DNA of 248,000 nt from Octopus vulgaris (Eukaryota). Position 1 is the stretch's first letter. Every line of letters begins with the position of its first letter. Below, piece by piece: positions 227,779 to 242,260 of the stretch. The stretch covers positions 25,068,001 through 25,316,000 of the forward strand of contig OX597819.1 in NCBI GenBank assembly GCA_951406725.2. The letters run 5' to 3'. Made by a program: the position numbers and the translations under genes. The notes beneath the pieces were generated by a model. That model was not told the DNA's origin, made no database searches, and saw nothing but the letters and a program-made list of their open reading frames with translations.

Positions 227779-228971
227779 CTTGTTTTATTTATATTTCCTG
227801 AGCGCCATACGAATACACTTGTTTGTTTGTATTCCAACTGCCTTCGTCTTTTGTTTATTTCCGTAAACCTGCCTTCGTCTTTTGTCTATTTTCATAAAGC
227901 TTCCCACATACATATACTTTTGTCTGACACAGGGACAAAAGTAAAGCTACTAAGGTGGCCACACTACATATAATAAAGTGGAAAATAGTCGAAAAGGCAT
228001 CCACACCATATGTTTATGGATAAAAAAAATGTAAGCTATGCATCACTGAACGAACTCAAATCCCCTAACTCTAACTCTGCTGTATTCTAGAGCCGAAATT
228101 TTCAGCGGTTGTAAGCATATGGCAAAGTTCTTGATGGTGAATTGGAAAGTACCTCCCTCTCCGGATTGACTAATAGACTCTAAGGCACTATTCTTTCAGC
228201 CTTATATTTCACGATATAAGGAGGAAATAACTCTAATTCTTCCCTTTTGATTCTTTCTTATTTGCTTTTCGTTTTCCGGTTTTTCAACCTTCCACCTTTC
228301 ATATCTACTTCTTTCACGCCTTTTCTTGCTGTTTCTCTCATCCTATTCTATTTTTAGATCGTCATACTATGTGGGCAGAGTCGGATTATTGTGTTAGGAC
228401 GCCAGCCGTGATAAAAAAAAACAATGGTATGCTCTCAAAACATGAAACTAATGGTAGCACATAAAATCATGTATTGCATTTATTTAATTATATATATATA
228501 TATATGCATACACATATATATATATATACACATACATAAATATATATATATATATACATATATACATAAATATATATATACATATATATATATACATACA
228601 TACATACATACATACATACATACATACATACATACATGCATACATACATACATACATACATATATACATAAATACATACATGCATATATATATATCTAAT
228701 GAGGATAAAATTTCTTTCGAAAAAAATTTTATCAATGGCCAGCATATCAAAAAATACCATTAAAGGTTAAATTTATAAATAATTCATAAATGAGGGCAAA
228801 GGAAAAAATTTCTAATGCCAAATATGCCGAAAAATTGGACATATTGTCCATTAACCATATTGTCCATTAACCATATTGCGTTTTGTGAAAAAATTATATG
228901 GTTAATGGACAATATGTCCAATTTTTCGGCATATTTGGCATTAGAAATTTTTTCCTTTGCCCTCATTTATG

Positions 228972-229030
<59 letters not shown>

Positions 229031-229293
229031 CCTAGCAGGCAATAAAGGTAAGGAATTTTCAGAGAAGCACGCAACCCAAGTGTTCTGTTCTATCAACGCT
229101 GTCGGATTCCAAACTAATACCGAAATTCTTTAGGTGTAGAAAATACTCGTTTCACAGCGGTAAAACCGTTATGTGGGTGTAATTCAAGTAACAAGACAAA
229201 GAAATACTTTAACACATCTTTAATGATCAGTAAAGATGTGTTAAAGTATTTTCCTTGTCTTATTACTGGGATTATATACATACATACATAAAT

Positions 229294-229358
<65 letters not shown>

Positions 229359-230004
229359 TGTGTGTGTATGTGTGAGTGTGTATGTATGTGTATATATTTC
229401 TGTGTACATATGTGTGTATGTCATCATACATAAACCACACCCGGTGATAGAACCATGTTATTGGAAATTTGCAAAACATTTTTCTGTTCTGCAATCACTG
229501 CTTTTCACATGTTTGTGAATTTATAGTTCTACTACTGGGCTATTCAAAACATTTCCCATAGAATATTTTATACGTATCTTTCACAGAAACACTTCTATGC
229601 AAAATGTACTTTATCGATAAAGTTTGATTCATTGAAATTTGTTTGAATTTTTTCTATCTCCCCTTCTTGTTTGGAATTGATAGCAATTGCCACAAGACAT
229701 TTGCTTATGTTTTTTTTTTCTCTCGAAAAGAAGATAATTAAAAATTTATCTTTTATGGTAGTTGATGTTTTTCATTCGTTTTATTGTTCATATCAATGCC
229801 ACAAGCCACTCTGAGTGATTACTTTTTCAGTTCAATTTGATTTAAATCAAACAAATTACCTTAGGCCATAAGTGACATATACTTTGTATATGTTTAAATA
229901 TCACATCTACAGGTTCCAAGGTACGAATGTACTAATCTCTCCAACTGAAACATAAACAGGTGTCCACGGCTACCCAATTGCTTCCAGACAGTCATCATCA
230001 TCAT

Positions 230005-230500
230005 CATCATCATTGTTCCACCGTGGTCGAGACAATGGAATTTACCATGCTACGCCAGACTTCACGGTCCATCATGGCATTACGGAGGTCCTGTCGCTGG
230101 ATGCCTGTATCCCTGGAGATTACATCAGGGTAGGAGAGTGTGCGCCCTCTGGTATTGCGAGTAGATGGCTTCCAGAGGAGAAGAGTAGAAATTACTTCTT
230201 TTTCAGCTCTACAACAATGTCCAGCAAGCTGGACTCTCCTACCTTTCACAAGAGATGACACAGGTGGTAGTTTCCCATATATTTGCATTTTGGTTGGATG
230301 GCGCTTCTACGAGAGATTTTGAGCTCTCATAAAGAGGCGAGTGTAGGTTCCATCCAACCGCCTCTCAAGCTTCTTTGATAATGTCCAGGTTTCTGAGCCA
230401 TATAGTAGAATTGGTTCGACAGTGGCTTTGAAGATTTCAAGTTTGAAGTCTCTACTTAGATTTGATGACCAGATCTTATCTAAACAGTATGCCAATTTCG
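230005..230500 (-). mobile_element. RTE-clade LINE 3' fragment; near-identical copy at about 49804-50170 (-)
   Basis: VEPILLYGSETWTL...RRVQLAGHCCR...DREVWR; (GAT)n tail. Confidence 0.85.
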
Positions 230501-231819
230501 GAGAAATCGCGCCTGTTTGAGATTATCTCCCTTCTCAGCGGAAGTTACTCGTAATTTCAACAAACCGTTTATTTATTCGTGTCTCAAAAAGGAAAATACT
230601 TTTCATAAGTCAAAAATTTAACTTGCATGGTTCATTTATCCTCACTTATCACTTATTTGTTAATCCCTGATCCGGGATAACACAGTGCACTCATTGTAAT
230701 TCGCATTACGCTTATCATAAATTTATTTCTGATAACACTGGCCGCAGATCAGTCGAAGATTATTCTTGGCCAACAAAAGCCCGCTCCATCAACCATCCGC
230801 AGTGCTCATAACAACTTGGAATCTCGGAAGGAAATCCATTTTCCCATATGTTCTATCATATCATTCAGTTATCACTAATTCCTTTAATGCAGCGTATTAA
230901 TATACATGTATTTAATAGATCTTCATTCGTCTTTATTACTCGTACGTATCTGTACATAAAAAAAAGGACAAGTCAAAAGAGCCTGGAGGATTGTGTGCAT
231001 GCAGTACAGCACAGAAGGAACTGGAGTGACCAAGCAAGTCGACCAGTGGCCACATTTGGCCGAATTAAAACTAATTAGAATCAACGTAGAATCAACTAAT
231101 TAGAATCGACGCCTCACATATTCTCACTATCCTTATCTAAGTTAGTCTTCTATTTCAGTTTCAACCTTATCCTAATCACTTTATCTCCGTATGGCTTCCA
231201 GTTAAGCTGGACTAGAGTGTTTTTCTAATATACATGTATGCGTGTGTGAGTGGATATGTATGTGTGAGTACGTACATGCACACATATGTTTGTGTGTGTA
231301 TATGTGCATGTACGTATACATGGTTGTGTTTGTACGTATGTAGACGTTATGAACGCAGGAGGTTTATGTCTATATATTATGAGACTATATATAGTTGCGT
231401 GTATATATATATATGGTTGCGTGTATTCTTTATCCTTTATCTTCATTTTGTTTTTCTACCTATTAGAATAAATTCCCTTTTATTCAACGGTTTTTCATAG
231501 CGTCTATTGTCATTAATAGCCGACGAGAATGCATCGTAGCTCTTCGCTCCGACATTCGAAACTCCGAACACTACAATGACATGGATGTTTCTGGGTCTTA
231601 ACCCGTCGTCAGCCCAGGATAGTGAGATCTGCTGATTGAGGCGACTGTCACGTTAAGTTGACAGTATACAACCACTCTATTGCTCCACCACCGCTCAAGT
231701 CTCTTTGAGACATTTAGAAATTCAATATTTCTAATTACGGTGACCAGTGAATAGATTTCACTGTAAATATATATGTTTGTGAAGGCTAGATAGGCGCCTC
231801 AATCAGCATATCTCACTAT

Positions 231820-231866
231820 CCTGGGCTGATGACGGGTTATGGCCTAGAAACATGCGTGTCCTCAGG
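231820..231866 (+). ncRNA. Minimal type I hammerhead ribozyme
   Basis: CCTGGG CTGATGA CGGG-TTATGG-CCTA GAAA CA-TGCG-TG TC CTCAGG: 6-bp stem I, 3-bp stem III, GUC triplet, C-A mismatch at the base of stem II. Inverted partner at 231578-231618 (-). Confidence 0.65.
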
Positions 231867-232083
231867 TGTGAATCTTGGCTGGTAGGGATGCTTGTCCCCC
231901 CATTCACAAATTTAAAGACACAGAAAATGTGTCAAAGCCGAAGGAAGCGTTCGATGCTTCCTAGGGATAAACAGCGGTGGTGTAATTCCCATACGGGACT
232001 GTCAAGTTAATTTGACAGTATACAATCACTCTATCACTCCACCACCGCTCATGTCTCTTTGAGACATTTAAAAATTTAATATT

Positions 232084-232130
<47 letters not shown>

Positions 232131-232502
232131 CATATATCTTTATGTGCGCGCGTGTGTGTATGTGTATGTGTGTGTCTCTGTTCTGTGTTTATCTCCCACC
232201 ATCGCTTTGATAACTAGTGTTGGTGTGCTTACGTCACTGTAGCATAGCAGTTCGGCCAAAGAGCCCGATAAAATAATTATCAGGCTTAAAAAAAATAACT
232301 ACTGGGGTCGATTTATTCGACTAAAAAATTCCCCAAGGTGGTGCCCCAGCATGACCGCAGTCTAATGACAGAAAAGTGAAACATAAAAAGATAGGGCTAC
232401 ATAGACATTCGTTTCTTTGAAACAGTTATAGTTGTTACATTTGGAAAAAGGAACGGCTACGTAAGGCTCCCACGTTGTCTTAGTTATGCTATAGAGTTGT
232501 TG

Positions 232503-234500
232503 AGAGTGGCAGTAGTGTGTTGTGATGAAGGTATCAGTGGGAGTGTGTGTTGTGATGAGGGTAGCAGTGGGAGTATATATTGTGATAAAGGTAGCAGTGG
232601 GAGTGTGTGTTGGGATGACGGTATCAGTGGGAGTGTGTGTTGTGATGAGGGTATCAGTGGGAGTGTGTATTGGGATGAGGGTAGCAGTGGGAGTGTGTGT
232701 TGTGATGAGGGTAGCAGTGGGAGTGTTTGTTGTGATGAGGGTATCAGTGGGAGTATATATTGTGATAAAGGTAGCAGTGGGCGTGTGTGTTGTGATGAGG
232801 GTAACAGTGGGAGTGTGTATTGTGATGAGGGTAGCAGTGGGAGTATTTGTTGTGATGAGGGTATCAGTGGGAGTATATATTGTGATAAAGGTAGCAGTGG
232901 GAGTGTGTGTTGGGATGACGGTATCAGTGGGAGTGTGTGTTGTGATGAGGGTATCAGTGGGAGTGTGTATTGTGATGAGGGTAGCAGTGGGAGTGTGTAT
233001 TGTGATGAGGGTAGCAGTGGGAGTGTTTGTTGTGATGAGGGTATCAGTGGGAGTATATATTGTGATAAAGGTAGCAGTGGGCGTGTGTGTTGTGATGAGG
233101 GTAACAGTGGGAGTGTGTATTGTGATGAGGGTAGCAGTGGGAGTATTTGTTGTGATGAGGGTATCAGTGGGAGTATATATTGTGATAAAGGTAGCAGTGG
233201 GCGTATGTGTTGTGATGAGGGTAACAGTGGGAGTGTGTATTGTGATGAGGGTAGCAGTGGGAGTGTTTGTTGTGATGAGGGTATCAGTGGGAGTATATAT
233301 TGTGATAAAGGTAGCAGTAGGAGTGTGTGTTGTGATGACGGTATCAGTGGGAGTGTGTGTTGGGATGAGGGTAGCAGTGGGAGTGTTTGTTGTGATGAAG
233401 GTATCAGTGGAAGTGTGTGTTGTGTTGAGGGTAGTAGTGGAAGTATGTGTTGTGAAGAAGGTAGCAGTGAGCAGTAGGAGTGTGTGTTGTGATAAAGGTA
233501 TCAGTGGGAGTGTGTGTTGTGATGACGGTATCAGTGGGAGTGTGTGTTGTGATGACGGTACCAGTGGGAGTGTGTATTGTGATGACGGTATCAGTGGGAG
233601 TGTGTGTTGTGATGACGGTACCAGTGGGAGTGTGCATTGTGATGAGGGTAGCAGTGGGAGTGTTTGTTGTGAGGAAAGTATCAGTGGGAGTGTGTGTTGT
233701 GTTGTGGGTAGCAGTGGGAGTGTGTGTTGTGTTGAGGGTAGTAGTGGAAGTATGTGTTGTGAAGAAGGTAGCAGTGAGCAGTAGGAGTGTGTGTTGTGAT
233801 GAGGGTAGCAGTGGGAGTATATATTGTGATAAAGGTATCAGTGGGAGTGTGTGTTGTGATGACGGTATCAGTGGGAGTGTGTATTGTGATGAGGGTAGCA
233901 GTGGGAGTGTTTGTTGTGATAATGGTAGCAGTGGGAGTTATTGTTGTATTGAAAGTATCAGTGGGAGTGTTTGTTGTGATGAAGGTAGCAGTGGGAGTAT
234001 ATATTGTGATAAAGGTAGCAGTGGGAGTGTGTGTTGTTATGAAGGTATCAGTGGGAGTGTGTGTTGTGATGAGGGTAGCAGTGGGAGTGTTTGTTGTGAT
234101 GAGGGTAGCAGTGGGAGTGTGTGTCGTGTTGGACGTAGCAGTGGGAGTGTTTGTTGTGATGAGAGTAGTAGTGGAAGTATGTGTTGTGAAGAAGGTAGCA
234201 GTGAGCAGTAGGAGTGTGTGTTGTGATAAAGGTAGCAGTGGGAGTATATATTGTGATAAAGGTATCAGTGGGAGTGTGTGTTGTGATGAAGGTATCAGTG
234301 GGAGTGTATGCTGTGATGAGGGTAGCAGTGGGAGCGTTTGTTGTGATGAGGGTAGTAGTGGGAGTGTGTGTTGTGTTGATCGTAGCAGTGGGAGTGTTTG
234401 TTGTAATGAGGGTAGTAGTGGAAGTATGTGTTGTGAAGAAGGTAGCAGTGAGCAGTAGGAGTGTGTGTTGTGATAAAGGTAGCAGTGGGAGTGTGTGTTT
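232503..234500. repeat. 30-bp minisatellite of about 2 kb with recurring variant blocks
   Basis: gtagcagtgggagtgtgtgttgtgatgagg and variants; a gaagaaggtagcagtgagcagtagga variant recurs 4 times. Confidence 0.95.
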
Positions 234501-234941
234501 GTAATAATGATAGCAGTGTGTGAGCGTATGTGCATGTGTGTGTGTGCGTGTGTGTATGTGTGTGTGTGTTGTAATGATAACGCTAATAACGTTGGTGATG
234601 GTTGTTACGCAGATTAATGTATGTTGGTTGGGGATGTTAGTTGTTATAAAAAACAGAGGCGGTGGTAGTTGCAGGGCTGAGTTCGGAGATGAATGGGGCT
234701 AGTGGAAATAGAAGTCGTTGTAACGTTGTTGTGGGATGAATATTGTGATGAATGAACGTGTTGACTTGCGTTAATCATATTGGTAGCTGCATTGGAAACC
234801 ATAGTAATATTTGTGAGCTTTTTGAAGGTGGTCGTAGAGTGACGACAGCTGTTATGATGTAGCGGTGGTAAGAGTAGTGGTTGTAATTACAATGGTGTGT
234901 TTTGAGATGAAGTTAGTAGTAGTAGTCGTATTATTATTATA

Positions 234942-235147
<206 letters not shown>

Positions 235148-235155
235148 CATTATTA

Positions 235156-235236
<81 letters not shown>

Positions 235237-235289
235237 GCCCTGATGCAGTACCAGGCAGTGGCTCTCATGGCTTCTGATCTTTATTATTA

Positions 235290-235378
<89 letters not shown>

Positions 235379-235829
235379 GCTGTTGTTGTTGTTATTCAGT
235401 AGTCTTATTTTTATCACGTGCTTTCTTCTTCTTCTTCTTCTTCTTCTTCTTCTTCTTCTTCTTCGTAGCTGTGGTGATTGCTGTCATAAGCAGTTTTGCC
235501 GTGCTAGTAGTGGTAGGAGTAGCCGCAGTGGTTGTGATAAACAGTGCTGGGCAGTAGTAGTGGCAGTAGCTGGGGGTCGTTGTTTTATAGTGTTGCGGTT
235601 GTAGAAGTTGTAGTAGTTGAAATGGTAGTAGAAGAAGTAGTTAGTGGTAGCAATAGTAGAAATAGCCTCAACATTTGCGGTAGTTATAGTAGAAGTAGTA
235701 GTAACAGTAATATAATACGTAGTTGTAGAAGTAGCAGTAGTAGGGGTAGCAGGTGTTATAAATAGTGCTGAGGTGGTAGTAATGACTGGTTTCTCTGATA
235801 AACCGTGCTGAGGTCGTCGACGTAGTAGT

Positions 235830-236936
235830 GGTGGTGGAAATGGTGATGGTAGTGGTAGTAGTAGTAGTAGTAGTAGTAGTAGTTGTAGTAGTTGTAGTAG
235901 TAGTAGTAGTAGCAATAGTGGTAGTAAATATGGTAGTGATAGTAGTAATGGTGTAGATGTTGGTAGTAGTAGTAGTGCTAGTAGTAGTTGTAGTTGTAGT
236001 AGTAGTAGTAGTATTCATGGTAGTAGTAGTGCTAGAGAAGTTGCTGGTAGTAGTAGTTGTTGCTTTGATAAACAGTGTTCAGGTTCTAGTTGTAGTGGTG
236101 ATGGTTGTGTGATAGAAATAGCTGCGGTGGTAGTAGTAACAGTTGTTTTTGAGATTATGGTAGCCGTTGTAGTGTTAGTGGTTGTCGTTGCTGAGATTGT
236201 TGTTCGGATGGTAGTAGTAGGTGGTGGTGGTGGTTTCAGTGGTGTTAATTGTTGCTACTGTTGTGGTGGCTATTGTTGTTGTGGTTGTTGTTGTTGTTAT
236301 TGTGCTTTTTGTAACGGGTGTGGCTGTAGTAGTAGTCGTAGTTGGTGACGTGGGTGTGGTGGTCGTTGTGTTGCGAGTGGTAGTTGTGGTGGTTATGATA
236401 GTGGCATTTCTGTGGTTGTTATTGTAGTTGTTGTGGATTGTGTAAGTCTAGTTGCTGCTGCTGTTGTTGTTGTTGTTGTTGTTGTTCTTCTTCTTCTTCT
236501 TCTTCTTCTTGTTCTTCTTCTTCTTCTTCTCCTCCTCCTCCTTCTTCTTCCTCTTCTTCTTCCTCCTTCTTCGTCTTCTTCTCCTCCTCCTCCTCCTCCT
236601 TCTTCTCCTTCTCCTCCTCCTCCTTCTTATTCTCCTCCTCCTTCTTCTTCTTCTTCTTCTTCTTCTTCTTCTCCTCCTCCTCCTCCTCCTCCTCCTCCTT
236701 CTTCTTCTTCTTCTTCTCCTCCTCCTCCTTCTTCTTCTTCTTCGTCTTCTTCTTCTCCTCCTCCTCCTCCTCATTCTTCTTCTTCTTCTTCTTCTTCTTC
236801 TTCTTCTTCTTCTCCTTCTCATCCTCCTCCTCCTCCTCCTCCTCCTCCTCCTCCTTCTCCTCCTCCTCCTCCTCCTCCTCCTTCTTCTTCTTCTTCTTCT
236901 TCTTCTTCTTCTTCTTCTTCTTCTTCTTCTTCTTCC
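235830..236936. repeat. Trinucleotide fields (TAG/TTG then CTT/CCT)
   Basis: Direct inspection. Also (TAT)n at 234930-235380 and (CAT/CAC)n at 225500-226180. Confidence 0.9.
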
Positions 236937-237758
236937 AATCAGGACTCACGCCATTAGCCATAAAGAGTAATCTCTAATTCGAGCCTACTCTAAGCTACTA
237001 AGAATGTGTGTGACAACTTGAAGATCCACCCACCCACCACACGTGATAGACTGGCGGTTGCACGGGCGCGAAAGCTACGTTGTTATCCTCATTCCGTAAA
237101 CGGTGGCTTTTAACGGGTGGAGAGCTGAACCATTCTGGGGCACAGAGGATTCGCAATCTAGACAAGGTTCTGAAAGTTTACCACATCATAGTGGGTTACA
237201 CCATGGTCCCGCTGCTTTGTGGCAGAAGTAGAAAGAGTGAGAGAAAATCGTGGTGAAAGAGTACAGCGGGGTTCACCCTACCCCCGCTTGAGCTTCGTGG
237301 AGCTTAGGTGTTTTTGCTCAATAAACACTCACAATGCCCGGTCTGGGAATCGAAACCGCGTTCTTACGACCGCGAGTCCGCTGCCCTAACCACTGGGCCA
237401 CTGCGCCTCCACTTGCTGCTGCTGTTGCTTTTGTAGTCGTTGTTGTGTTGCTGGTGGCGGCGGTTGTTGTTGGAGGTGCTGCTAATGGTGTGGTTCTTGT
237501 ATTTGATGCTGTTATTGTGATGGTAGTAGTTATTTAGAAAATATCGAAGACGTAGTCATAGTGATTGTTGGAACGGTTGTAAACCTCATGTTGCTGTTTG
237601 TATTGCGGTGGTGGCGGTGGTAGTTTTGGTGACAGTACTAATGGTTGTGTTGCTGTTAATGTATTTCTTTGGTCAGTGCTGATCGATCGAAGATAACTAA
237701 AGTACACGGCAGCAGTAGTAGCAGTAGCAGTAGCAGCAGCAGTAGTAGCAGCAGTAGT

Positions 237759-237802
<44 letters not shown>

Positions 237803-240269
237803 TTATTTATCTTCAGCTCAGCTCTTCGAGATAAAGGTAGTAGTACTAGATACGGTGGAGGTGGACGTGATGGTCAAGTAGCTAACTTATATTCTTCTGC
237901 AATTGTCACTTAGAGTGTCCGCTTGATCTGAATCTCTTGGTATCTGAGATACAAGGAGGAAAAAAGCCATTCGATGGGCCCAGTTGACAGAGGCGTAACA
238001 TGGCAGCAAAGCAACGATTCGGTTTTTGGCAGGCCGTAATGGGCGCATGTTACTCGACTCCAAACGGAGATACTGAAACTGCGACATGTCCAGCATTTCA
238101 TTGACGATTAGCAGGTGCGGTTGCAGTTTGTTAGCCTCACTTTTCTGCAGCTCGTCTCTTTGACTGAGATGCAGTACTGGATCAAGCATAGACTGAGACA
238201 GGGTGTCTGGTGCCTAGTGTATCGTTAGGTAAAGACGCTAAAGTTTTCGAAGCAGTTGTCCGTGAATATCCTTTTCATCTTCGATTTTGAATGTAACGTT
238301 TAAATCTGATAAGTAGATGACATTCATAGCAGTATGTAGATGTATAACCAACGTACAGGAGGTGTAGTTTCCGAAATAGTTATCTTTAATATTCATCTAC
238401 TCGTTGATTTTATAAAGAAAATAAAAAGTGCTCACCTGAAGAGTAGATGAACTTTAGCGCTCAATTTCAATTAGTAGTTGTCCTGAGGAACAATGTGGCT
238501 ACATTGAATCCTAGATTTTGCATCGTGCTGCTGTTTCTTATAGAATTTAGTTATCAAGCAGCTGTTTTATACAACAGTTCATTTCCTTATTTTTCTCAGT
238601 CTGCTCAAGAGCAATGGTCCTGCAGATACAGATTACGACACCCAGTTCATATTATATACCTGACGTTCTGGAAGGTTACAATATGGCAATGTTTAGCAGA
238701 GATAATTGATGGGAATCAAAAAGTGGATGGGGGTAGTCAATTAGAGAGATCGTACGTACCCTTCATTCACTTTTGACACAAAATAATCTGATAATTATGG
238801 TTTTAGGTGACATATCAATATCCTGTTATAAGGCATGGGTTTCGTGAGTTTTTGTTTGATACTTTGTTTAACATCTTCTTAAAATGCTATGGCGTTTATT
238901 ATGTATAGTCCTTGTTGTTTACCTTAGATCTAGCCCGATCATGTAGAGCTATGATGAAAGATATTCCATTCATGACAATTCTGTTTTATTCAGACATTGT
239001 GTGTCTTGGTCTACATTGCTCTATATATCATTATAATTTGACGATTAGCAGGTGTGGTCACAGTTTGTTAGACTCACTTTTCTGCAGTTCATCTCTTTAA
239101 CTGAGCTGCAGTCCTGGATCAAGCGTAGACAGACGACCATGATTTCGAGAAGACTAATTCTAACAAATTGAACGATCACATAGAGACTCCCTCATTTGAG
239201 GGACTGATGCTGGAAGGATGTAATGTATTCGTCATCCTTTCACACACAGTTTGCAGTAGACTCTCAAGATTTTCCTTCCATTCAATTTCCTTGTCATTTA
239301 ACTTGTCAATTCTTCCCCGTATAGACTTCCAGGAGATTTCAGCTTGTACAGTTGATAAGTATATGTCATTTTCAGCTCTTACATCTATCTAATGGGATAT
239401 CTTTTACAGTAATGATTCTGCTTTATTATGTTCAAACTATGGCAGACAGATTTAGAATATTTCATGAACAGATTATTTAGTCATTTGCTTTCAAAATACG
239501 TAGGTTTGTATTTTCGACCTTCATCACTAGCAAGCTCCTGTTTCAAGTTATGCAGGCTATAACTTAAAATTCTAAATACAGGTTGTAATTTAAGATTTCA
239601 CGTTCCGTGTCTCCAAACAGTTCTAAGAATTCTTTTATTCATTTCTGAAGGTTAGTAAATGTATTAACTGTGTTACTATTTATATGTATTGTAACGTATC
239701 ATGTATAAATAAGTGAGGATTTGTGTATGCATGTATGTGTATGTGTGTATATGTATGTATGCTAGCTTGTATGTTTGTATGTATATATATGTAAGTATTT
239801 ATGTATATATGCATGGATATGTGTCTGTCTGATTGAACATACGTGTGTGCATATATATGTATTCATGAAAGAAATTCCAGCTTAGACTGATTTTCCTGTT
239901 TCATTATTTGCAATTTTTACAATTTTACAATTTAAGAATATTGAAATAAACTAGTACTTTCATGCACTACGCAACCACCAGGTTTATGTAGTGACAGTCG
240001 TGTTCCGCAATTGACAACTGTAGTGAAATCGTTGGGTTTATCCTTTAAATACCCCCCGATGTGCTTCAGCAGGCTGAATCTTACGAACTGTGTTTTGACC
240101 AATCAGTATGTGGCTTAGATATCACGGTTTGGTAAGCAAGACAACTGAGTTCTAGGGTAAGTATTTCGACCAATTAGTATGTGACTTAGACGTCACGGTT
240201 TGGTGAGCACGTCAAGGATAATTTACTCTGGTCGCACCTAAAGAAATAATTGTTTGGCTATATTTTGCA

Positions 240270-242260
240270 ATGCTGTAAACAAAATTACTGTTTTCTTCGA
240301 AAATTTTCCCTTACACTCAATAATAATGTTAGGCCAAATACTAAGAAATCAGAGATATCTGCACTTAAACGCCTACAAAACGATAAAACAGAAATCATTA
240401 AGCAAGCAGATAAAGGGGGTGCAATTGTTATAATGGATGCAGAATACTACAGGGATTTAGTTGAGGACCAATTGTAGGACACAACATTCTTCTGTGAAAT
240501 ACCTGCAAATATAGACCACCGCATCATGAAAAAAGTCAATAACCTGGCTTAAAAACAATACAACTCACTCAACATTGACGAAAGAGACTACATTACCAAT
240601 TTCGAACCAAAACCCAGCAACTTCTATGGCTTACCAAAAATACACAAGTCAAAAGAAATTCAAACATGCAGTAAAGGAACAAGAAAGTGAGTGCTTAAAA
240701 TTACTACACCCGAAAGACCTAAAACTCAGACCTATTATAGCTGGTTCACTATGCCCTACATAGATACGCATACATACATACATACATACATACATACATA
240801 AATACTCACTTATGTATACACGATACGATACAATACATATAAATATTAACAGTTAATAAGTTTACTAACCTTCAGAAATGAATAAAAGAATGCTTAGAAC
240901 AGTTTGGAGACACGAGACGTGAAACCTTAAATTACAACCTGTATTTAAATTTATTGACATAATATTGACACCATTTTGAAACCATTATGTACCCACATGC
241001 CTAGTTTCATCCTGGATGATATCGACTTCCTGTCCCACCTTCCCAAAACAACGGAATCAAATTAACCTTTACTTAGTTTTGATGTAGTAAGCATTTCTAC
241101 CAATATTGCACATAATTTAGGAATAAAGGCGATTAAATACCGGGTGGAAAAACATAAAGTGATTCCCAGTAGATTCACGGTGCCATTTATATTAAACGCT
241201 GTCCAACTTATTCTTGAATATAACACATTCTTTTTCAATTGAAAGAACTACATTCAGGTTAGAGGCACAGCAATGGGAACGAGATTTGCTCACGTTTATG
241301 CGAACGCCGCAATAGGATATTTAGAAAACAACTCTATCAAAGAGTAGAGGAAATCTACGGCATTGAATTTAGAAGGTATATTGAAGATGCACGGAAGAGA
241401 TATCTTGACGATTGCTTCATAATCAGGACAAACTCTCTAGATAATCTGGAAGAATTTAATAACCTCCTGAACAACCTGCACCTAACTCCCCAATTACAAA
241501 GGAGATGAATAATAACAAATTACCATTTCTAGACATAATGATGATTAAAAAGTGATATCAACATCACCACTGATATGTACAATAAACACACAGACACGCA
241601 CCAATACCTGAACTTTAAAGCGTGCCATCTAGCACATAAAAAACGCAATATCCCATACTGCCTAGCCAGGAAAATTTGTACCATTGTGAAAGATGTAAAT
241701 ACTAGAGACAAACGCCTAACAGAACTCAAAGAATTTCTCCTTACACAAAAATGGCCTGTCTCTACTTATAGAAAATGGTATACAGCGTGCTATAGAAATA
241801 CTCATACAACGTAGGGCAACCCCCAAAAAGAGGAAAACAAGAACAAGTCACACTATTTATAGTGACACACAATCCGTGTCATCAAAATATCTTTAGCATT
241901 GCACAAAGCAAACTTACCGATCATTGCTCAAAGTAATAAATTAAAGGATATAATCACAGATCGTGCTATGATTCCAAGTAAAAGAAAGCCGAAGAACTTG
242001 AAACAATTATTAACAAAGGCAAAGATTGATCTAAGCAACAATGACGAATCATCAATCGCATCTAAATGCAATGATAATCGCTGTGGTACATGTCAATTAA
242101 CACACGCCGGTCAATATATGAACACAAAAATCAGAAGAATATTTTCCAATGGAAATATGAACTGCAAAAGCAGAAATTTAATTTACTGCATCAAATGCTC
242201 GAATTTTGCAGATATATACGTTGGTCAGACTGGAAATGCATTGCGGGAACTTCACCCAAG
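240270..242260 (+). mobile_element. Decayed Penelope-like element (RT plus GIY-YIG endonuclease)
   Basis: KQADKGGAIVIMD, FYGLPKIHK, LRPII, FDVVS, GTAMGT, RYLDDCF, LPFLD, YNKHTDTHQYLNF, NLIYCIKC...YVGQTG. Interrupted by an insertion near 240762-240950. Confidence 0.88.

Noticed and set aside
232497-234535. Cys-rich ([10 protein letters not shown])n ORFs of 223-420 aa as a keratin-associated or metallothionein-like gene
   Set aside because: Several frames are open simply because of the 30-bp unit. Variants are mostly non-synonymous in every frame, recurrent stops and frame changes occur, and there is no signal peptide or splice context.
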